Shown here one piece after another: positions 26,285 through 32,000 of a DNA stretch of 32,000 bases. The translations under genes and the position numbers were made by a program. Positions within the stretch are counted from its first letter, which is position 1. Each line of letters opens with the position of its first letter. Source of the stretch: Archaeoglobus fulgidus DSM 4304 (GTDB lineage: Archaea; Halobacteriota; Archaeoglobi; Archaeoglobales; Archaeoglobaceae). The stretch covers positions 720,001 to 752,000 of the forward strand of contig NC_000917.1 of the NCBI RefSeq assembly GCF_000008665.1. Reading direction: 5' to 3'. The notes under the pieces are model-generated. The model ran no database searches. It saw only the letters and a list, made by a program, of their open reading frames with translations, and had not been told where the DNA came from.

Positions 26285-28018
26285 ATGAACGTACTTGGTG
26301 TGGAAGGAGAGAACATCCGAGAGGTGGACGTGACAAAAATAAACCGCGTTTGGACTAAGTTTTACGATGAGGGTGTGAGAGCAAACATCGATTATCCGGT
26401 AATGCCCGCTTACAGGATTCTTGAAGATGCCGCCGCGTCCGATCCCGACAAGATTTGCTTCGAGTTTTTCGGAACAAAGTGGACCTACAGGCAGATGAAG
26501 GATGCTTCGGATAAGGTCGCAAACTTCCTGTTCGACATAGGGGTTGAGAAGGGAGACAGAATCGTCGTTGCACTGCCAAACCTCCCGCACTACGCAATCA
26601 TAGCCAACGCAATATACAAGGTGGGGGGCATAGTGGTGCAGTGCAACCCGATTTACACCGAGAGGGAGATCAGATACATCGTAAAGAACAGCGGTGCAAC
26701 AAGGATGTTCGCCTTTGAGGGGATGTATCCGAGAATAAGGCCCCTAATCGAGGACGGCACGCTTGAAAAGGTTGTGATATGCAGAATTGAGGATTTTCTG
26801 GGGTTTGTGATGAGCGCACTTTTCAAGGCGTTTCTGAAGAAGAAGATGGTCGGTAAGGTTGATATCGACAGGAGGAAGGAGGTTGTTTTCTGGCAGGACG
26901 TTTTGAAGTACGAAAGAACTGACAAGAGGGCTGAAATAAACCCGAAAGAGGACGTGGCAATGTTCCAGTACACGGGCGGCACGACAGGATTCCCAAAGGC
27001 CGTTATGCTCACCCACTACAATCTCGTGGTGAATGCTTATCAGGTTGCTGAGTGGGACCCGAGAACGACGCCAAGCGACGTTGCTGTTGGTTGCTTGCCG
27101 GTCTTCCACGTTTACGGCATGACCATGCTGAACTCATCGGCGGTTCTGAGGATGAAGGTCATTCCAATCCCCGACCCGAGGGATGTTGAGGCAATACTGA
27201 AAGCCGTGCACAAGTACAAAGCCACAACCTTCACCGGAGTGCCGACTATGTTCATAAGCATGCTCAACCATCCGAAGCTTAGCAAGTACGACTTAACTAG
27301 CCTCAGGGTCTGCGTGAGCGGTGCCGCTCCCCTGCCTGTTGAGGTGAAAAGGAAGTGGGAGGAAATCACCGGAGGAAAGCTTGTTGAAGGCTACGGGTTG
27401 AGCGAGGCTTCCCCTGTTACGCACTGCAACCCGCTCTATGGGCTTAATAAGGCCGGAAGCATTGGAGTTCCCTATCCCGACACCTATGCCGTTGTGATAG
27501 ACGAGGAGGGCAACATTCTCCCGCCCGGTGAGGAGGGGGAGCTTGCCATATACGGCCCTCAGGTGATGAAGGGCTACTGGATGATGGATGAGGAAACTGA
27601 AAAAACTCTGATCAACGGATGGCTTTTAACGGGGGACATGGCGAAGATGGACGAGGATGGCTACTTCTACATCGTGGACAGGAAGAAGGATATGATTGTG
27701 GCAGGAGGTTACAACATCTATCCAAGAGAGGTTGAGGAAGTTCTCTTCGAGCATCCCGCTGTTGCTGAAGCTGCTGTTGTCGGAGTGCCTGATCCGTACA
27801 GAGGAGAGACGGTCAAGGCCTTTGTGGTCTTGAGGCCAGAATACAAGGGGAAGGTCACGGAAAAAGACCTGGACAAGTTCTGCAGGGAGAGGCTCGCTGC
27901 CTACAAAGTACCGAGGCTGTACGAGTTCAGAGATGAGCTTCCGAAGTCCCTCGTTGGGAAGGTGCTGAGGAGGGTTCTGAGGGAGGAGGAAGCAGAGAAA
28001 TTAAAGAAAAAGAGTTAA
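26285..28018 (+). CDS. Acyl-CoA synthetase (AMP-forming, long/medium-chain fatty acid type)
   Basis: AMP-binding motif [71 protein letters not shown]. Confidence 0.95.
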   Translation: MNVLGVEGENIREVDVTKINRVWTKFYDEGVRANIDYPVMPAYRILEDAAASDPDKICFEFFGTKWTYRQMKDASDKVANFLFDIGVEKGDRIVVALPNLPHYAIIANAIYKVGGIVVQCNPIYTEREIRYIVKNSGATRMFAFEGMYPRIRPLIEDGTLEKVVICRIEDFLGFVMSALFKAFLKKKMVGKVDIDRRKEVVFWQDVLKYERTDKRAEINPKEDVAMFQYTGGTTGFPKAVMLTHYNLVVNAYQVAEWDPRTTPSDVAVGCLPVFHVYGMTMLNSSAVLRMKVIPIPDPRDVEAILKAVHKYKATTFTGVPTMFISMLNHPKLSKYDLTSLRVCVSGAAPLPVEVKRKWEEITGGKLVEGYGLSEASPVTHCNPLYGLNKAGSIGVPYPDTYAVVIDEEGNILPPGEEGELAIYGPQVMKGYWMMDEETEKTLINGWLLTGDMAKMDEDGYFYIVDRKKDMIVAGGYNIYPREVEEVLFEHPAVAEAAVVGVPDPYRGETVKAFVVLRPEYKGKVTEKDLDKFCRERLAAYKVPRLYEFRDELPKSLVGKVLRRVLREEEAEKLKKKS

Positions 28019-29028
28019 AGCTTTTCTTTTCTTAAATCTATAATCTGCTTCAGCTCAGGTCCGGTGGAGATGAGCGTTACCGGAACCCTGACGTCCTCCT
28101 CAACCTGCTCAATGAACTTTTTCGCTTTGGGAGTAAGTTTCTCCCACTCCGTAACCCCGTAGCACTCCTTGTCGAGCTTGTCCACTCCGGTTATCGCAAC
28201 CTGCGTTGCGCCGTTAACCATTGCGGAATAGCGAGCGAACTCTCCGTCCCAGTAGCCTATTCTCCTCCTCCTTCCGGTCACGGTGCCGTACTCAACTATG
28301 CCGAGCTTCTCGGCCTCCTCCTGAGGCATTTCCGTGGGGAACGGACCAGCACCAACTCTCGTCGGGAAGCACTTGAAGACGACAATAACGTCATCAACCC
28401 TCGTCGGCCCAACCCCAACGTCCGAGGCTATGGCCGAGGCAGTTGTGTCCTTAGACGTCACATACGGGTAGGTTCCGTAGTACAGGCTGAGACCGAACCC
28501 CTGGCTCCCCTCTATCAGCACAAACTGTCCGTTCTCTATAGCTTGATTCACCTCAAGGGGGACGTCAGCAAGGTAGTCTTTGAGTTCTGGAATGTCCTTC
28601 GCCTGCTTTGCAACTCTGTTAACCCTGTCAACATTCGCCGGCCCGCAGCCAGTTCCGGTCGTGCCGATTTTCTTGCTCAGGTGCTCGCTTCCCTTGTCAG
28701 CCTCAATGTGCTTCGGCTCAATTATCGCACACCTGTAATCAACCCTCGCCCTGTCCCCAACCTTCAGAAGTTCAACCTCTTTGAGAAAAACCTCGGGATT
28801 GACGAGAACTCCGGCCCCGATCAGCAGTTTCGCGTCCTTGTAAACGAACCCCGACGGAATCATCCTCACTCCAAACTTCTGACCGTCAATCTCCACTGTG
28901 TGGCCCGCATTTGGCCCTACGCCTCCCCTGGCAATAATAACAGGCTTATCGCTGTGTGCAACGTGAGCCACTATCTTTCCCTTCCCCTCATCTCCCCAGA
29001 ATCCGCCAACAATTATCGTAGCTCCCAT
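28015..29028 (-). CDS. purA: Adenylosuccinate synthetase, short archaeal form
   Basis: [55 protein letters not shown], 337 aa. Confidence 0.95.
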   Translation of the reverse strand: MGATIIVGGFWGDEGKGKIVAHVAHSDKPVIIARGGVGPNAGHTVEIDGQKFGVRMIPSGFVYKDAKLLIGAGVLVNPEVFLKEVELLKVGDRARVDYRCAIIEPKHIEADKGSEHLSKKIGTTGTGCGPANVDRVNRVAKQAKDIPELKDYLADVPLEVNQAIENGQFVLIEGSQGFGLSLYYGTYPYVTSKDTTASAIASDVGVGPTRVDDVIVVFKCFPTRVGAGPFPTEMPQEEAEKLGIVEYGTVTGRRRRIGYWDGEFARYSAMVNGATQVAITGVDKLDKECYGVTEWEKLTPKAKKFIEQVEEDVRVPVTLISTGPELKQIIDLRKEKL

Positions 29029-29108
29029 AACACTGACAGTCCTTCGCAGGGGTTTATTTGGTTTGCGATTTTTGGAAAAATGGTAGGTTTGAGTTAAGGT
29101 TTAATAGA

Positions 29109-29318
29109 TCAAATGAAGCTCAGCAAGCCAAGAAAACCACCGGCAATCGTCGATATGAAGAGGAGAAGGAAGTTTAACACCTGCAGTGCAAGGCCTCCTG
29201 CGCTGAGCAGCACGAACGGCGACACCACGAAAATCGACCCAAGGATGAGTCCGGCGAGTCCTGCAAGCACACCGAGGAACAGTCCCAGCCCAGAAAGCAG
29301 AGCAACGAGCAGTATCAT
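29109..29318 (-). CDS. Small hydrophobic membrane protein (69 aa)
   Basis: MILLVALLSGLGLFLGVLAGLAGLILGSIFVVSPFVLLSAGGLALQVLNFLLLFISTIAGGFLGLLSFI, preceded by a GAGGTG SD-like sequence. Confidence 0.6.
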   Translation of the reverse strand: MILLVALLSGLGLFLGVLAGLAGLILGSIFVVSPFVLLSAGGLALQVLNFLLLFISTIAGGFLGLLSFI

Positions 29319-29467
29319 CCAACCACCTCATGTTTTATCACTACATTTTACTTTAGTGTTGTTAGTAACTTCTCGTTAGCGATGTGATATTTAAATTTTT
29401 CTGCTTAGATTTGCAAAGCTGCAAACACCATCTAAAACCTTATATTGTCCAAAAAGGATTTAAGGGC

Positions 29468-29866
29468 GTGAAGGTAAAGGACGCGCCCAAAACAGCCACC
29501 TCCATCATAGTGAGGTCAGCATCCAATGCTAGAATTTCCCAGTCGAAGATGCCAATGCTTGAGCTGATGCGAAGAATTTTCAGGAAGGAAGAAGTTGCGC
29601 TTAAAGCTGTGAAGTTCCTCACTCTGGTCGAGGAGAGGCAGAAGAGCGGGAAGCCGCTCAGAGTAGAGGAGTGGGAGCAGATAATGGAGGAGCTGGGAAT
29701 GGTGCGCTCCTCTTTTTACTCCATGAGGAACAAGCTTCTCGGAGCGGGGATGATAACGATCAGAAATGGGGAGTATCATCTGTCTGGAGCTTTCAGCAAG
29801 GATTTGGTGGATATGGCGAGGTGGTGGTGGGTTGTCGTTCTAGGCTATGATCCAGAAAGCCTCTGA
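29468..29866 (+). CDS. Hypothetical protein, possibly winged-helix-like
   Basis: GTG start at 29468, about 30 nt after TTATATTG. The region [40 protein letters not shown] looks like a winged-helix segment. The supplied ORF start (29384) is upstream of the TATA-like element. Confidence 0.6.
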
Positions 29867-30726
29867 GCTTCGAGCTTCTTTATTCTTCTCTCAATCTCCT
29901 CCGCAAGCAACCTGTCCCCCATAGCGAGGTTGTAAGCCTCTCTGAGCTTCTCAACGTCTCCGATTTCCTCACCCCACTCCATCAGCATTCTGGCAATCCT
30001 CCTGTCGATTCCGGGGTAGAGAGACCTCAGAGAGGTGTAGATGAAGTAGGCCTTCTCGTAGTTGCCCATGCTCTCGTGGATTTCGGCCATAGCCAGCCTT
30101 GCCTCAACGGTATCCTTTAGCCTGAGCGACTCTTCTATCTTCTTCATCCCCGCTTCGGGGTTGCTCATCGCGAGACTTCTGCCCCACTCAAGCAGAACAC
30201 TTGCCTTTGCGTCAATAACGGCATCGGTTTCAGGCAGAAGTTCGAGAATCCTCATGGCCCTCCTGTAGTCACCCTCCTCCGAAACTTCGAGAGCGAAGAA
30301 CAGAACCTTCTTTACGTAGCTCTTGAAGCCGAAATCCTGAAACTCCATGACGAGCTTTGCTGCATCCTCATACTTTCCGTCCGAAAGTCTGCGCTCTATC
30401 GCCTCTTTCAGAAGAAGGAACATGTTCTGGAGAACCCTCCTGTCCCCACATTCCCTCAGCTCCCTCAAAGCGGTTAAAAAAACCGCAAAGCACTTTGCCT
30501 CATCCTCACCCTCCAGATACCTGGAGAGCCTTTCGGATATCTTGGCCACAAGATACACAGCTACGGGAGAGTCCCTGAGCAGAATCAGATACTTGTTAGC
30601 CTTTTCGGGATAATCGAAAATCTTCTTGATGGAGTGAAGAACGATCGGGTCGCTACCAATTGCCTTCAAAACTTTAACGTCCTCTTCGTCAATAAAATTG
30701 GCCACACTCTCAATGAACTTTTCCAT
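29845..30726 (-). CDS. TPR-like repeat protein of unknown function
   Basis: Helical repeats ([35 protein letters not shown]; [30 protein letters not shown]). Start placed at [11 protein letters not shown], because the longer frame overlaps the upstream acyl-CoA dehydrogenase gene. Confidence 0.75.
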
Positions 30727-30760
30727 GAACTTTTCTGGAATGTAATAAATAAAAAGCTTT

Positions 30761-31906
30761 TCATAATCTGAGCTTTCCAGCAATGGCTCTCGCGATGATG
30801 AGCTTCTGTATCTCGCTCGTACCCTCATAAATCGTTCCAACTCTGGCATCTCTGTAGTAGCGCTCGATGTCGTACTCCTTGCTGTAGCCGTAGCCGCCGA
30901 AAATCTGCAAAGCTTCATACGTTGCCTTAATCGCAGTCTCGCTGGCGAAGAGCTTTGCTGCAGAGCTCAACGCAGGATTCGCTTTTCCCCTATCAATAAG
31001 CCAAGCGGCCTTGTAAATCAGAAGCTTAGCAGCCTCAATATCCTTCCACATATCAGCGAGCTTGAACTGTATCGCCTGATGCTCTATGAGCGGTTTTCCA
31101 AAGGCCTTTCTCTGCTTCGCGTACTCCAAAGCCCTTTCGTAGGCTCCAACAGCCATTCCGAGCTGAACGGCACCAACAAACACCCTGCTCTCGTTGAAGA
31201 ACCTCATAAGCTGGTAAAAGCCAAAGTTCTCCTGGCCGATAATGTGCGTTTCGGGAACGAAAACGTCCTTCAGGTATATCTCCGCAGTATCGTGGCAATT
31301 CAGCCCCATCTTCTTTATTCTCCTCGCTTCATACCCATCCCATCCCGTTTCGACGAGAAAGGCGGAAATTCCTCTGTAGCCAGCATCAGGCTGAGTTTTG
31401 GCGAGAATCACAACCCACTCCGAGACGCTGCCGTTGGTTATGAAGGTCTTGGTTCCGTTAAGCTTCCAGCCCCCATCAACCCTTTCCGCCTTTGTCTTTA
31501 TGGCCTGCACATCGCTCCCCGCATCCGGTTCGGTTATGGCGATAGCCGAGGGCGTCTCACCCTTTACAACTTTCGGCAGATACCTCTCCTTCTGCTCCTC
31601 CGTTCCAAAGTACTTGACCATCGGGCAACCAAGGGAAGCTGTCAAAACCGCTGAGCCTATGCTGCTGTCAGCCCTTGTGAACTCTTCAGCAATTATGGCG
31701 CATCCGAGGTAATCGAGCCCCGCACCACCGTACTTCTCGGGAATGTCCGCAGCCACATAGCCGAGCTTGGCGGCTTTCCTGAATATTTCCCAGGGATACT
31801 CTCCCTTTTCGTCGTACTCCTTGCCGTAAGGCATGATCTCCTTTTCAGCAAACTCTCTAACGCTGTCCCTCAGAATTCGGTGCTCCTCCTCAAACTCAAA
31901 GTTCAT
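30761..31906 (-). CDS. Acyl-CoA dehydrogenase
   Basis: [83 protein letters not shown]. Confidence 0.97.
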
Positions 31907-32000
31907 GATTTTAACTTCTCATTTTCAAAATATAAGATTTGCCACTTTGTTGTAGGGCAGTTAAATAGTGGCAGACAACTCATTCCATAAGTTCGGCGGT

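Noticed and set aside
30727-30918. N-terminal extension of the TPR-like protein
   Set aside because: It overlaps the acyl-CoA dehydrogenase 3' end and has low-complexity, Arg/Ser-rich sequence typical of an out-of-frame shadow.
31079-31654. 191-codon plus-strand ORF opposite the acyl-CoA dehydrogenase
   Set aside because: The minus-strand gene is unambiguous, and the plus frame has no domain signature.
1-32000. CRISPR array, tRNA or rRNA genes, toxin-antitoxin or restriction systems
   Set aside because: I saw no regularly spaced repeats, cloverleaf-like sequence, rRNA-like sequence or nuclease/antitoxin-like proteins. This was a manual read. A tRNAscan-SE, CRISPR finder and DefenseFinder run would be decisive.

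Overview
This looks like a chromosomal window from a hyperthermophilic euryarchaeon. The protein sequences closely match what I remember of Archaeoglobus fulgidus DSM 4304, around AF0808-AF0845, but that assignment is from memory and was not searched. Coding density is high and there is no rRNA, tRNA or CRISPR array. From left to right the window contains: (1) the tail of an FAD-linked (lactate/glycolate) oxidase and a four-gene Fe-S / CCG / LUD-domain lactate-utilisation cluster; (2) serA, a THEP1-like NTPase and trm1; (3) two secreted proteins, one Notum/pectinacetylesterase-like and one beta-propeller; (4) acylphosphatase, hisF, a MazG-like protein and a nicotinate phosphoribosyltransferase-like protein; (5) a complete branched-chain amino-acid-type ABC transporter with a universal stress protein gene inside it; (6) a transposase-like relic; (7) a compact minus-strand set of ferritin, superoxide reductase, two rubrerythrins, a flavin/ferric reductase and a HEAT-like protein; (8) pelota, TrkA and TrkH; (9) acyl-CoA synthetase, a short adenylosuccinate synthetase, small unknown proteins, a TPR-like protein and an acyl-CoA dehydrogenase. 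I found no clear evidence of an entirely new defence or mobile system. The best candidates for follow-up are the oxygen/iron stress cluster with its HEAT-like last gene, the split and degenerate CCG protein in the lactate cluster, the archaeal Notum-like secreted hydrolase, an unannotated 46-codon ORF, and the frameshifted transposase-like remnant.
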